A DNA stretch of 64,000 nt from Dicyema japonicum (taxonomy: Eukaryota > Animalia > Dicyemida). Below the pieces are notes generated by a model. It saw nothing but the letters and a program-made list of their open reading frames with translations. It had not been told where the DNA came from and did no database searches. Below are positions 24,760 to 37,305 of this stretch, piece after piece. Where the stretch lies: NCBI GenBank assembly GCA_011109175.1, contig RDEW01000027.1:858511-922510 (forward strand), written 5' to 3'. Both the position numbers and the translations under genes were made by a program. Position 1 is the stretch's first letter; each line of letters starts with the position of its first letter.

Positions 24760-27700
24760 CAGTAGGGCGATTTTTGTCAATAAAGTCAAAAATTCATATG
24801 TTTTTTAAAATTGTTTAAAACTTATAAAAATGTAGTTTTTAATCAAAAATATTATATTAATCAAAAGTTATTAAGTCAAAAAAGTCAAAATTTTGGGTAA
24901 TGTCAAAAAAGGTCAAAATTTAATTTTTTAGGCCAATAAAGTCGAAATTTTTATTGATTTTTATTTTTTTATTTTTCGAGTTTTTTAAATAAAATACTAT
25001 CATGGTATCAATTATCATCATTCACTGTGATGCCGCGTTCAACCAAGAATGAAATTGAAAAGATTAAGTCTATTGTTAGTAAATATCCCAATGAATTTTC
25101 TATAAATTCACAAGGAAATCTTGTAATTTATGTGGGACATTTGTACCTGCAAAAAAACAATTTTTTATTGAATCACATCGATCGTCTAAGAAGCACATCA
25201 AATTAGCTGGTTTATTATTTTTATTACTATTTTACAGGTGTCAATACTACAAAACTAACTTATTTTTTCGTCCCATCTGCCGACACATGGGTCGATAAAG
25301 TCACTAAGGCTTTTGTCGAATCCGAGATTCCCTTTCATAAGCTGAACAGTAAAAGCTTACGAGACTTGTTTGAGAGTATTGGACATAATTTTTCTTCTAC
25401 TCACACTTGCCGAAAAAGTGTAGATAATTTATGGCAGAAGCAGCTTGACAGAATTAAGCTATTTTTTAGGTTTCATTTGCATTTATTATAGATCTGAAAT
25501 AAATTTTGTTTTGATTGACGAAACTGATATCCGGGGACAGAAATATGTCAATACATTGGTAGAATTTCTGATCTAAAAAAATATTTTTAATATCTTGTCG
25601 TCCATTGTCTTCTGCGGCTAACCCGTCGACTGTCTGTCAGATAATTGACGATGTGCTAAGGGATTTTGCGATAGATCGAGAGAATTTTGTATTACTGGTA
25701 TCTGATGAGCCAGATACATGGTAGCTGCCGCACAGGTATTGTGGATTTTTTATTTTAATCGATAAAGGTCGCGACTGTCAAAAACAAGACACGAAGAGAA
25801 AAATTTGCTGAAATCGGGTATCCACCTGAAGTTATTCTAACAAGATGGGGGATTAGGATGGAAGCAGGCCGCTATTATTGCAAAAATTACACATAAATAA
25901 AAAAAATAATTGAAAGTTTCGATGGAGAGGGGCTTTTAGTAGAAAGATATTTGCAAGCGGTTTGTCACAACGAACTACGTACAATTTTATCATCAATTTT
26001 ATGCCAATATGACGATATATGTGAAATGATAAAGAAGGCAGAAGAAACCTATTTCACTATAGAAGACGCTGTTGAAGACATTTAAAAATTGCATTTCGGG
26101 GACGATTTATGTGGAATCGGGAAGTATCTAGAACAGAGCTTTTCAAAAATAATTCCCGCGGCACACTAATCGTAAAAAAAATAATCCACGGCACACATTA
26201 AAAAATTAAATTTTTAAGATGTGTAAAACTAAGTACAAAAATTGAGAATTTAATGCCTAAATTTTTATTAATAATAAAAATAAAATCTTAATTATTATTG
26301 TTTTTGCATATATCATCAATATCAGGTCGAATGGTAGACAAAGCCACCCGCATTTCAGCATCAATGTTTCTCAAACTTTCACGTTTGTTATATTTCATAT
26401 TATGCAGCGTAGAAAAACATGTTTCGCATAAATAGGTCGTTGAGAACTGTAAAATTATGGTCAGTGTTGTTTTGATAAACTGGGATATATGTTTCGAATA
26501 TATATCCAGAATTCTCCAATGTCTAACTCCGTCATCATTAATTTTAAAGATCGATCATTAAACAGTGCAATAAGTTCTTCATTTTCTTTAACAGATAAGT
26601 GTTTTGATTCTGACACAAGAAAAGGATTTCGTATCTAAAAATTATTTAAAAAATAATAACCCAATCGAATTTTTCAATTTCTAAGTCTGGAAAATAAGCA
26701 TCCATTTTGTTTTCCAAAATTATTAAATGTTCATTAATCAGTCCCTGTATCGATTCACCATTATATCCTTATTATAATTAAAATATAAAATAAACCATTC
26801 GTATTAGGAAACATAGTATAATCGCAATCTAAAACCCTTTTTCTCCAAAAACTGATTTTCATTTTCAAAGAATTTAATTTGTCCGTCGAAGATAAAATAG
26901 TCTCAGAACCTCCTTGCATACTTGCAATATTCTCCGACAAAGCACAAATCCGACGAGAAACAGTGTTATCTGACAAAGGTATCTTCATTATTTTTTGTTC
27001 ATATTTATGACCAAACATTGTCCGAGCAATAATACGACAAGCAGGGATTATCAAGTTTTCGCCAATAGTGTGAGGTTTTAGTTGTTTTGCTATCAATTCT
27101 GAGATCAGGTATGAACATTTCAATGATTCCTTTGTGTTTACAAAAGTTTCACTGAACATCATTTGACTAGATCTACGATTCATAGTAAAAACTAAATAAT
27201 ACTTTTGTTGTTTTTTCAAATGGATAAAATAATCCACAGATTTTTCGGAATAGTCCGGATGCTTGGAGGTAAAATGTCTCTTTAGTTTGCTAGGAACCAT
27301 AGCATCATTTGCCAAGACTTCCATACAAATTAGACATTGAGGTAGTTTATTTTTATCTATGCATATAAATCCAAATGACAAATAAGAATCTTTATAAGAA
27401 CGACGAACTGATTTACAGATAACCACGTTGATGCGCACGTTATTAAAAAATTATTAAATAATGGTTAACCAATGTAAATGTCATTTAATATATAATAAAA
27501 AAATGATTATTTTAATTTATTTATCTTTTTAAATTAATTAGGTCAAAAAATGTATATAAATTTATTCAAATTTGTATTTGGCAGGCGGCACACTAGAAAT
27601 TGGCACACCGTTTGACAACCTCTGATCTAGAATCAAGATTATCTGTAAATCAAGTGCTTTCTATTTCAAAAATGGAAAAACAACATATTTCTCCATATGT

Positions 27701-28000
27701 ATACAACTATCTTAAAAAGTGTCTTTCCACATCATGCTGAGACAAGTTTCTTTTTATTGGGAAAATTACTATCTAAAGACCGAAATTTTAAACCCGAAAA
27801 CGTTTCAAATTACATTATTCTGTATTTTAATGTAGATTTTGATTAGTTTTTTTTATTTATAACAATAAAATCGTTCTAAAGTTTTTTATATTAAAAAAAT
27901 TTTTTGTAGATAAAATTATCATAAAGTCAAAATTTTGAAATTTTAAGGTCAATTTTTAGGTCAAATTTTCTATTTATAAAGTCAGAAAATCGCCCCAGTG
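24760..28000 (+). mobile_element. CGGBP-type hAT-related DNA transposon, defective transposase from ATG 25030
   Basis: Ends CAGTAGGGCGATTTT and AAAATCGCCCCAGTG, flanked by ATAT; subterminal AAAGTCAAAA repeats. Transposase has CNLC...H...H zinc finger, LIDETD, LVSD, PPEVILTRWG, and KDRNFKPENV after the nested element. Confidence 0.82.
26134..27624 (-). mobile_element. hAT Buster/Charlie element, internal-deletion derivative (1491 bp)
   Basis: 8-bp TSD ATCTAGAA (26126-26133, 27625-27632); TIRs CAGAGCTTTTCAAA / CAGAGGTTGTCAAA; BED-type finger CLICMEVLANDAMVPSKLKRH, KPHTIGE, PLSDNTVSRRI, WIRNPF, FSTTYLCETCFS. Confidence 0.92.
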
Positions 28001-28790
28001 ATATCGTTAATATCCAAAGTAAGCAAGGAATCAATATATTCCTTGATTGCTGCATTAATTCCATTCAAAATCTCCTTTCTAAGCATTTTTTGGTATTCTT
28101 CTTAGTAGGAATACGTAGGTTCCTTTCTGTCGTGAGTAGTTTCCTCAATTTGGCAGCGGAACTCCTCAAAGCATTTTTTAAAATTTGAAACTTCAGCCAT
28201 CTGTTTTTTTCTCACTGGAAGGCCACAAAGTGATTCACTCGACTTGGAGGAGAGCAAGTACTTAAAATTGGTAACAGATATAAATGTCCCGAATCTCAAG
28301 TTAAATCAGAGACCAACTACCACAGGGAATCCTCTTAAATATTGATTTTGTAGACCACAGCCCATTGTTTCCGTTCCACAGTGTGAAATTTGTCAACTAG
28401 ACATTGAAGTGAATGTGTCCTTATTATAGCTTCATCATGGAAACATAAGCCCTCGATTGGAAGCGCTTATAATTTTTTTTACAGTACATAGACTTTTTTG
28501 TGGACATTCGTCAACAGCGGAACATTAGCCACTAAGTGCGGCGTTTGCTAAACTATTTCTACTTGTGAAGGCATAACGAAGTGTGAGGTCTATTCATCTA
28601 CTTTTGCGAAAAAGTATGGAATATCACATTCAAATTCAAACAAAAGAGTAGAAGCTAATATCGTAGCTTTTTATCTTCTGCTTGATATGATCTTTATATA
28701 CCCCTTCTGATCCACACACTTTTTAGTCTTAATTTTATAGAACATATAAAGTTTTGACTTTATTGAAAAAGGTCGTCCTATAATCGCCAA

Positions 28791-29060
28791 TTATTATTAT
28801 CAACTCCAGGCTTACAATCTTTGGTATGCCTAGCACAAACAGTCACACCTAATTAATCAAAGGAACCAAAGGGAGAACTTTTGCTCTTGCCCACCAAATC
28901 GATTCTCCAATAGTCCATCTCAGGCTTCCGCTTCTGAAGAGAGGTGGAGAAGTAGGTCCATCCTCTTTCAGTTTCGTCGCACGTCCTACCATCGCGCACA
29001 TCACTTCATTATTTAGCGGAAGAGTTTTCACAATGGAGAATCTTCACAAGTGGATTTGAC
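28791..29060 (-). mobile_element. LINE 3' end (family of 3560-3960)
   Basis: Third copy with GAAGCGGAAGCCTG, ending AAGCCTGGAGTTGATAATAATAAT. Confidence 0.6.
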
Positions 29061-29164
29061 CAGGAAGGAAATAGGAAGACCCCTTTCATAGTTGTTGAAT
29101 CTTAAACGCACATTTAAAGTTAATAAAACAAGAAAATAATTTATTTCTTCAAAATAGATGTTAG

Positions 29165-31548
29165 TCATTTGTCCACCAATCCATGGATAGTTAGAAAATG
29201 AATTTTTAGCTGTTCAAAGTCTACATTAGTTGACTGAACGTCAGAAGCCGTAGAGATCATGAAAGGAGGAACACAATGAAGACGTTTGTAAAGCGTCTTA
29301 AAAGATTTAGTTTGAGGCATTAGCATTAACAAACTGTAGAGACATTTAAACAAGGAACCATTATGGTTTGGATCGACCAACTGTAATCTGAGATCTACAC
29401 AATAAGCAATCATAATTTACATGAGAATACAGGCAGTTCTAAAAGCTGTACGAGCTTGTCAATATCAACCAGCAAATCCACACTCAGTTCAATCAGAGGA
29501 CTAAAATATCATGAAAATGTAAACAAGTGCTCAACAAGCCACAAGGCATGAACGTAATTTTTAGTAGCAGACAGAGAGTGACCACGGAAATCGGACTGTA
29601 GGCCCAGGTCTTATATAGAGTCCGGAACAAGGCATGGGCCGACTAAGATGCTAAAAGGTAACTCACTTGGGAGTCGAATCGTGTAAGTGATGTTCTCAAG
29701 GAAAAAAAGACAGGACAAGTCATCATGACAACGTTCAGGACTTTAACAGAATTTGAAATAAATGAGCGGTCTTTGTCGAAGGAAATAATGATTGAGATGG
29801 AGCTGAACACGACTGAAGGAGAAATACGTTTAGCCAGTTCTCTAGCAGTTCACAATAAGCCATACATGACAACGGAGGATATTTGAGACTCCTCGTTTCT
29901 CTCTTTGAACCATTCCACCAGTCTGAATACGAACACGTTGAAAAACGGGGACAAATCATGACTGTTCGACAAATCATTCCACCACTCCATTGAAGAGAAT
30001 TCAGAGACTCCAGGAATCTCAGCAAAATCTGTGGACGTCACGATCTTGTAGATAAAGTCAAAGCACAGTGATGTAGATAGGGAATCCTTTAAATCATTCA
30101 GACTCTCACAATTTCAACAGCGTCAACGGAAGGGATAATGCCCTCAAAGATAACGAATATCACGGAGAAGAAGGAGTCGAACTTGTAGATAATCTATATG
30201 TTAGGGAATCTTTACTCTCCGGGGGATGTACTCAATCAGTTTGATCAATGTGTTCAACGTGGTAGACCTCACTTGAGTGTTTGAGGATCCGAGGGAAAAA
30301 ATCATCGTGGAAATCAGCTGATCTTGGGAGGATCTATGGATTAAAAGACCGCATACTCAAGAAAATAAACGCCCTCATGTTCTTCCAGCATGTCCCCCTG
30401 GGAGACAACTAAATCTATGAACAGGTCGAAACAGTAGGACGCACATTGTACCACACCTAAAATTAACTCAGCAATGTACGCTCAGTATTCGATTCAGTCA
30501 CAATGCACGAGATGAGGGCTTCAAATATGTTAGGCGACAGTCCACTCAACTGTTTCTTGTCAGAAAGTCGTAAGAAGGTCATCATCCATGAGATCGCCAC
30601 CTCCTTAATGTGCTTCCCTATAATACAGAGTTCGATTACTTTGATCGAGGACATTCCTGGCCACAGTGTGAGCACAGGCCATAAAGTCGAAGGTCTTTAC
30701 CTTTGACTCAATCGAATCCAGCAGATTACCCAATAGTTGAGTAGTTCTTTAAATTTAGCTCAACATATACTGGAGGATGATCTCCGACTCTTTGAAATCC
30801 AAAAAGGCGAAAATTCCGTCCAACAAATCGGGTAAGAAGTCCGCTAGATGCAAGTCAGGCATCCCGTTCAACACATTCAGCCACGAGATGAGGAAGAGGG
30901 ATGTGCAAGGATTAACTGTGTACATGTAAGACTTAATAGTGTCCACAAAGTTGTCCATGGCAATATATCCGCTAGCCAACACAATATCCTGTATATTCAA
31001 ATAATTGAAACCTTTACTATGCGGTCAACAACTGTGAACGCTCCAATCACTGAATTATCGGGGTCATTCGATACCTATGTTGAGAAACTACGATACTTTG
31101 TAGAGACAGTCAAAGATTTGAGTGAAGTATGGCATTATCTCATTCTGGACTACATTAGCCACGTGAGCTAAAGCCTCACAGGCATGGTACCGCACTCGAT
31201 TGTCTTCAAATTCGAAGCACTTAATTATGAAAGGAATAATTAAGGAGGCGTATTCTTTACTGCGCTGAACCATGAGTATATTAGGTACCTCATCCAAAGC
31301 GATCACAGTTGAAGAGATCCCTATAAGTCCCCCAATTCGATGAGTCGGCGATCGGGAGTCAGCGCACTCAATGAGATTCCTTATTATGTCTTTCATGACT
31401 ACATCACCCTCGTAAGAGAGTTTACGAACAGTACTGGAATGAGAGAATTCAAAAACATTTCTAATTCCTTTGCTCCTTTCATTCTATCTGTGGATTTGTC
31501 ACTTTTGAGTAATTTAATAGTGTTGTTGATAGAAAGATCCTCAAACAT
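29165..31548 (-). CDS. VAC14: VAC14, PIKfyve complex scaffold (HEAT repeats), many micro-introns
   Basis: HRIGGLIG, DNRVRYHACEAL, FLISWLNVLNGMPDLHLADFLPDLLDGIF, LFKCLYSLLMLMPQTKSFKTLYKRLHCVP. First introns of 23, 22 and 23 nt restore the frame. Confidence 0.93.
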
Positions 31549-31958
31549 TCACAAAACAAAAATAGTAAATTGTGACCAACAATTATTAGTTTTTTATATT
31601 ATTGTATATTATAAATATTAACTTAAATCAAGAATAAATATTTATAAACGAATCTACAAACCTAATCGAGACTTTCAACGGAATTTAACCCATGGGGCCA
31701 TGTGGTGCTACGTGGCTAATTGGTTGAAGTTTTCTGTTTGCTTTTTTTGTTCCTACACTTAACTGGATACACTTCGTTCTCGGTGTATCTCGGGTTAATA
31801 AATAAGTAACGGAATTAAACCACATAAACGGTAAGTCCAGGTATTACTCGATGTAAAAAGGCATTTCCCCTTAATACTAAAGTAGGAAAGAAAGGGATCC
31901 TTTTTGGATTCGACCAGGCACTGGACGTCTCTAGAGTTAGACTTGAGGTATAATAATG

Positions 31959-32677
31959 TGTCACATGGGCCAAGCGATACCTATGGGCTGTCTGTTACAT
32001 TAACCTTGAACCAAGATTAACTTCAATTAATTTTATAAATGATTTTTTTTTGCGAAAGAATTTTTATTATCAAATTAACCACAAAAAAATAATTTTAGAA
32101 AAATAATCAGTTAATTTATCCCCAGTAAATCATATTTAAAACTGCCATCCATCCAAAGTGGACCCCGCCGACATTATCGACGTTGCGTTGCCTCTCACTA
32201 TTGCAACAGAGATCAACTGGAGTAGCCACCGGGTCTCACGTGCGTCGTGGCTTTTTAGTGTAGCTAAGCGTCCAAGTTTCTACAGGAATTTACAATACCT
32301 GTCATTGATAATGGCAAAGTTCTCTATCTTCTTTATAAGCCTATATTTTCGGTGCGTCGGAAGATTTTCGGGAAATTTATCATGCAAAGCATCTTTTAAA
32401 GTTTGATATTCAACGCAATCTTTCACAAAACCCTTGTAAGAAGCCATTGCAACAAAATAATCTTCCATGCTATAAATCACGCTAGAAATCTAGGTTTACC
32501 GCTATAAAAAATAAAATCTTTATAATCATAACATTTATGAATAAAAAACTAATTTAACAGGATTAAATCACGATATAAATCGGATATACAAAATTAAATG
32601 TCGGATAATCAAAAGACCTTTTCAAGGTCGAAAAAATGTAACAGGCTGCCCATGCGTTACGCGCCGCCCATGTGACA
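31959..32677 (-). mobile_element. Ginger-like non-autonomous DNA transposon (719 bp)
   Basis: 41-bp imperfect TIRs (32/41 identical) starting TGTCACATGGGC; 5-bp TSD TAATG (31954-31958, 32678-32682). Internal ORF start (FPENLPTHRKYRLIKKIENFAIINDR) resembles the N-terminus of integrase-type transposases. Confidence 0.6.
32140..32275 (-). mobile_element. CRE 3' end nested in the Ginger-like element
   Basis: LGRLATLKSHDARETRWLLQLISVAIVRGNATSI. Confidence 0.65.
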
Positions 32678-32773
32678 TAATGCGCTTCGATTAAATATTC
32701 CATGCTTATTGTTCCAATTTCTTACAAAAAGTGGTTAGAGCATTATCATGCCTATCTTTAAAGACACTATTGG

Positions 32774-33340
32774 ATGACGAAGCCAAGAGAATTGGGGTTT
32801 CCGTCTGCCTCGGAACTGGATGTTTGCTCAATCAATCGCTGTAAATGTGTAGGAATGGTTGACTCGAATAGTCTTCACGCTCTCTCCTGCCAGAGGAGTG
32901 CTGGAAGAAGACAAAAACACAGTGAAATCAACGGAGTTATTGTGTGGGGACTAGAAGTGTCCGGATTTCCTGTCCAATTGGAGCTTCTCGAACTGGCCCC
33001 AGCTAACAAAAGACATGACAGAACAACTCTCTTCCTACTGGGAAAGTGGTATGCCACCTGTGTGGATACCCTCTCTCCATCAAACCTTTTTATGACTGCA
33101 ACTAACCCTCGCTTTACTTCGGAAAAAGCTGAGACCCTGAAGATGAAGAAATACAAATTTCTCGGTGGACAGTTCATTTTTGAACCAGTCGCCGTGGAAG
33201 CGTGAGGAATCATAAGACCCTGCTAAGCAGAATCAGATCGCTCATCGCAATAGAAAAAATGATAGGAGAGAAGAGCTCTTGCAAATCGTATGGGGGAATG
33301 CATTCTCAATTATGAGAGCAGCCAGTAGTAGTTAACTTAT
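32774..33340 (+). mobile_element. CRE-clade retrotransposon C-terminal fragment (zinc knuckle plus RLE)
   Basis: CKC...LHALSCQRSAGRRQKHSEIN, TCVDTL, AETLKMKKYKFL, FEPVAVE. Confidence 0.8.
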
Positions 33341-33382
33341 TTTTTGAATTAAATAAATGTGTCTACAAAAATTAAAATATAT

Positions 33383-33730
33383 TTATTGACTTAAATCCCT
33401 TACAACAGCCATGTAGTAATTACTATTAATGACAGTAAAAATTTCCATGCTGTTAAATTGAGTCCTAGAATAAAGCATCTCAGAGCCAGTTCCTTTAAGT
33501 CCTGCAGAGGTCTTTAGTGTATTACATGCGGTATTGTTGACAAACTGTGATATCATCTCAAGGATGTCTTTTTCGAGTGTGCTTTTCAAAATTTGACCTA
33601 TTTAAGCATGAAATTATCCATCAAACCGTCATGATTGAAAAAAACTACCCCCTTCACGTTATCATATCCACAAATAGTGTTCAATTTATCATCAATTTGT
33701 TCCTAGACAATATCAGCACTATAATACCAT
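33383..33730 (-). CDS. DYNLRB: Dynein light chain roadblock/LC7 family protein (~97 aa), 2 micro-introns
   Basis: ATG, 25-nt intron, EQIDDKLNTICGYDNVKGVVFFNHDG, 29-nt intron, QILKSTLE...EIFTVINSNYYMAVVRD*. Matches the roadblock length and pattern (V.G....N.DG....STL). Confidence 0.78.
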
Positions 33731-34199
33731 TAAAATTTAAAAAAATAAATATATTCAATTTTATTTTTAAATAAATATTTCGACATAATAATTTTTGACA
33801 AGTTAACAACACTTTCATTGTCTCACCTCATTTCTTCGATTAATTATCATAACTGTTATTTGCTTTTTAAATAAAGTATGTGTCCTGCCTAATTGGTGGA
33901 TTAATTGCTACTCTCGATGGAATGACTGACAAAACAATAAATTGTGAAACCCAGTGGCTCCTCCGGTTGCTATTGCTATCGTGAGATGCACCGCTGCATA
34001 AGATATGCAGGGATTAATGGTTGGACTTTTTCGAATGTTCTTGTGGTCTAATCATTCAATTATAAAAAGTTTTCGAAATAAGCTGGTTCTATTTTCAAAA
34101 GCTGGTCGATATTATACATCTGGCTCATTATGACCTGTGATGCATTCGATGAAACTTGAGATTTAGTTAGCCCACAATATTTAGAGCTAACTTTACTTA

Positions 34200-35250
34200 T
34201 CTGGGGTGTACAAATAATCAATAATCTGTCTTATCAACTTTGGCTTAAATTGTAAAAAATTCAAACCCACTTCTTGACCTCTTCTACATGAGTGGACATT
34301 TTAACGTAAGTGGAATTTCAGAATCCTCCTTGAATATTTCACTAGCGATCTTACCGTTTTCCGGAAGTACACCGAGAATTCGGCAAAAGAACTCTTTTCG
34401 AGGTGTCAATCTTTAAAATTGATATTTATTACTCCACATGAATGATCTTGTTTCCATCTTCCCTACCTCACCAGTTACTTAATTTAATGTATTAACCCGG
34501 GAACCACATAAAGGAGGATGAGTTATCAGCTTTTTATTTTTTCGATGCTCATTCCAAGCTTCTCCTACGGTTTGTCTGAACCTTGGCTTAATTTACATTA
34601 AAGGAAAAGGTTTCTTTCGATATCTTGGGTAGGATTCCAGATATGATTTGACTTCCCCCGAAAAATCCTCGAAATCAAGGGTTCCATAATTGACGCGACG
34701 TTTGACTTTTTCGTAGCAGCGAGGTGGGTGTCCGCTTCAGGCATCTCCATAAGATTTCGAGGCATGATTATATCATCTTCAATTTACCCTGCGCAGATGT
34801 GAGGTGATGAGTCCAGCAGACGATCAATACCGAACAGGTGCAAACAAATTATTTGTATAAAAGTTACAACGAAGTGATGGAAGATTCCGAGGAGTCCTTA
34901 ACATTCTTATCTTTTGGATCTTCGAAGCTATAAGGTCCCTTTGATGTGTAAATGATGCGAGAAAATCAAGGGTAATTCTGTAGATGGAGCGGTCTTCTTT
35001 GTTGAAATCATGCAGTAATCAAATAAACTTCTTAGATTATCCTCGAATAGGTGAACATTCTTGGTGAGGCTTATAGACGGTTTTTTGAGAACCAAAGACT
35101 CTCCAGATTAAGTGTCTCTTACATGGTTCGTGTCGCTTTCTTAGGTTTTCGATGTCTCGTTGAAACTATGATGTTGTTAGCGCGACACTAAAAATTGGTG
35201 TTTGAAGCTTCTGGAGTGTGAAGTCCACTAAGGAATAAGTTGAAAAACGT
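34200..35250 (-). mobile_element. Very degenerate LINE thumb and 3' region
   Basis: Residual 'FYTNNLFAPVRY' pattern and a 3' GGGTTAATAC motif near 34490. Confidence 0.4.
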
Positions 35251-35689
35251 CAGAGATAGCGAAGATCTTTGCTGGATTCGTTTGAGAAGTATCGCGATTT
35301 TGATTATCTAACATCACTTGTCCTCTACAGCCAGCATTACTTGAGATTATGGAGGATAGATTGCAGGAAGCATTTGCTGCTAGGATCTTTCGGGAGATCA
35401 AGTCAAAGCCTTCTCTATATCGATCGAGACCGAAACAGTTCTTTCGTATGGAATATAAGTATTTGGGTAGTCAGCAATAAATTTAACTAGTTTGGTAAAG
35501 TGAGTTGTTCTCAAGCACGTGTGATGATTAAGATCTGTCAATAGAAGGAAATTTATTTTGTTTCCGTCGACGATAAATTAAAGATTTGAGTTATCAGCAT
35601 TTCAGATGATCCCTTGTGTTTTAGTTTGTGGATGGATGTATTATCTGATCTTCAAAACGACACTTTCTTAATCTTTCTAATGGTAGAAT

Positions 35690-36116
35690 GTTATGAACTT
35701 TTGTTTCCAATGATTAATTTGAGACATCCAGGTATCGTTCTGAGCCCTTTGTACGTTGTTCCTCCATGTTTTCTTTTTGACTGAACGCAGTTTCTAATGA
35801 CAGCGGATCTATCCGAAAGATGGACTTTTCCGCTAAGGTTATTCCTATAGTAATAACGAGGGAAGGAATTGCAACAAAGTACCACAAGGGTTATCTGAAG
35901 CAGTTGGGGGTAGATAGGAAGCTCCAGCCCTATCTACAGTCCACTGTAATAAAGCGGACCCTAGAGAGTCTGACACTGGAGTATAGGAGGCAGAGCCCTG
36001 AGATGCCATATGGGCAGAGGGTTCAATTGGACAAGTCGCTCTCGGAGTTGTATCAGCAACCAGAATCGAACCTGCCTGAGGAGGTTGGCGAACAGGCAGG
36101 CGAGGACGGTTGTTGA
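35690..36116 (+). mobile_element. R4/Dong-like C-terminal RLE fragment
   Basis: PDVSN...VIPIVITREGIATKYHKGYLKQLGV...YLQSTVIKRTLES, parallel to 23350-23730. Confidence 0.62.
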
Positions 36117-36139
36117 TTATTAAATATATTATCTTTTTT

Positions 36140-36960
36140 ATTGTTGGTTTAGAACCCACTTTATTTAACAATTTGGTTTAGTCTCCCACATACTACCCCA
36201 TGTGGAAAGCATTTCCGCGTCCTGCTGGGAACATACACTATGGCCATTTTCGTGTAGGCGACGGTAAAACAATCTGCAATTAAACTCAAACAGATTATTT
36301 TCTCTCCTTTTCATACACCGACTTTCATGTGTATAGACTTTCCTTTTATACACCATTATTGCCCCCTCTAACTCCACCTTTGCCCTCCTCAACTCTTTGA
36401 GGTCCCATTTGGGAACACAGAGTTTACTAATTAGCCCCTTTACTATAGGCGGTGCTTTTCCTCTAACCCCTCTCGCCACACTACTTATGTGCCCCTCCAG
36501 TGCTTCCAGCTCAGTCTGTCTCCAAGCAATCTTGGCACAGATCTGCTCCCTCCATTTACTGGGTGTTCTGGGCTTGTCCGTCAGTTCCTCATGGGTGATC
36601 TGTGCTGCATACAGCACTAGGAAAATTTCACCCAGTGACCCTTCTGGCTTAGTCTCCACTGTATAAGCCACAGCCTTATTGATACAGGTTAACACTACTC
36701 CATTAACTTACTATGAGGGATCTTGCGAACAAATCCAGGTTCCTCATGTGGGACATCTGCCGCTGCAGCAAGATTCCGCGCAAAGACCTTATAAACATGG
36801 TTGAGCTGCAACGTATCACAGCTCTAGTGCTCGTGCTCTCCTTGACAGTTGTGGTCATCTGTTCCCCACTCCTTTAGATCAGTACCCTCTTTGCCTACAG
36901 CCATTCTCTTGAGTTCACTCACAGATATAGCAGTACTGAATCTGCCACTGCAGAGCTCCG
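36140..36960 (-). mobile_element. R4/Dong-like N-terminal (pre-RT) fragment
   Basis: LYAAQITHEEL...KWREQICAKI...ENNLFEFNCRLFYRRL...WGSMWE, the pre-RT pattern of R4-type elements. Confidence 0.58.
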
Positions 36961-37305
36961 CCAAGTATGGACAACAATTTCAGGGCATTCGGGATAGCCT
37001 GCTACGTGCATGAAGGACTACCTGCCTCACCCATTCTTTTTGGTCAGCTGCCACAACGCTCTCGGATATGGCAAGAATTATATTCATACCATCAGGTAAC
37101 ACAAGTGACCCTTCTCCTTTTTTCCTTTCAACATTTTTATTTTTACCAACTCGAGAGAGTTTTAACGTCACCGAATCGAAAGCATTTCAAAAATGAATAA
37201 AAAATAAATATTTTAAATAAAAAACATTTAATTGTGAAATATTAGTTTAATATTTTCAATAAATTGTGTATCTAAGGACAAATATTTTCAATAAATTGTG
37301 TATCT

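Larger units (their letters stand above)
23230..28320 (-). mobile_element. R4/Dong-like RLE retrotransposon, RT core deleted, interrupted by a SINE fragment and a hAT nest
   Basis: C-terminal TVDHLATRC...RHN, KPDIFVNDKTKNRITLVEIG, VITWDGIV. The N-terminal frame LDINDIIYARQCTYE is restored when 24760-28000 and one ATAT are removed. Confidence 0.75.
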
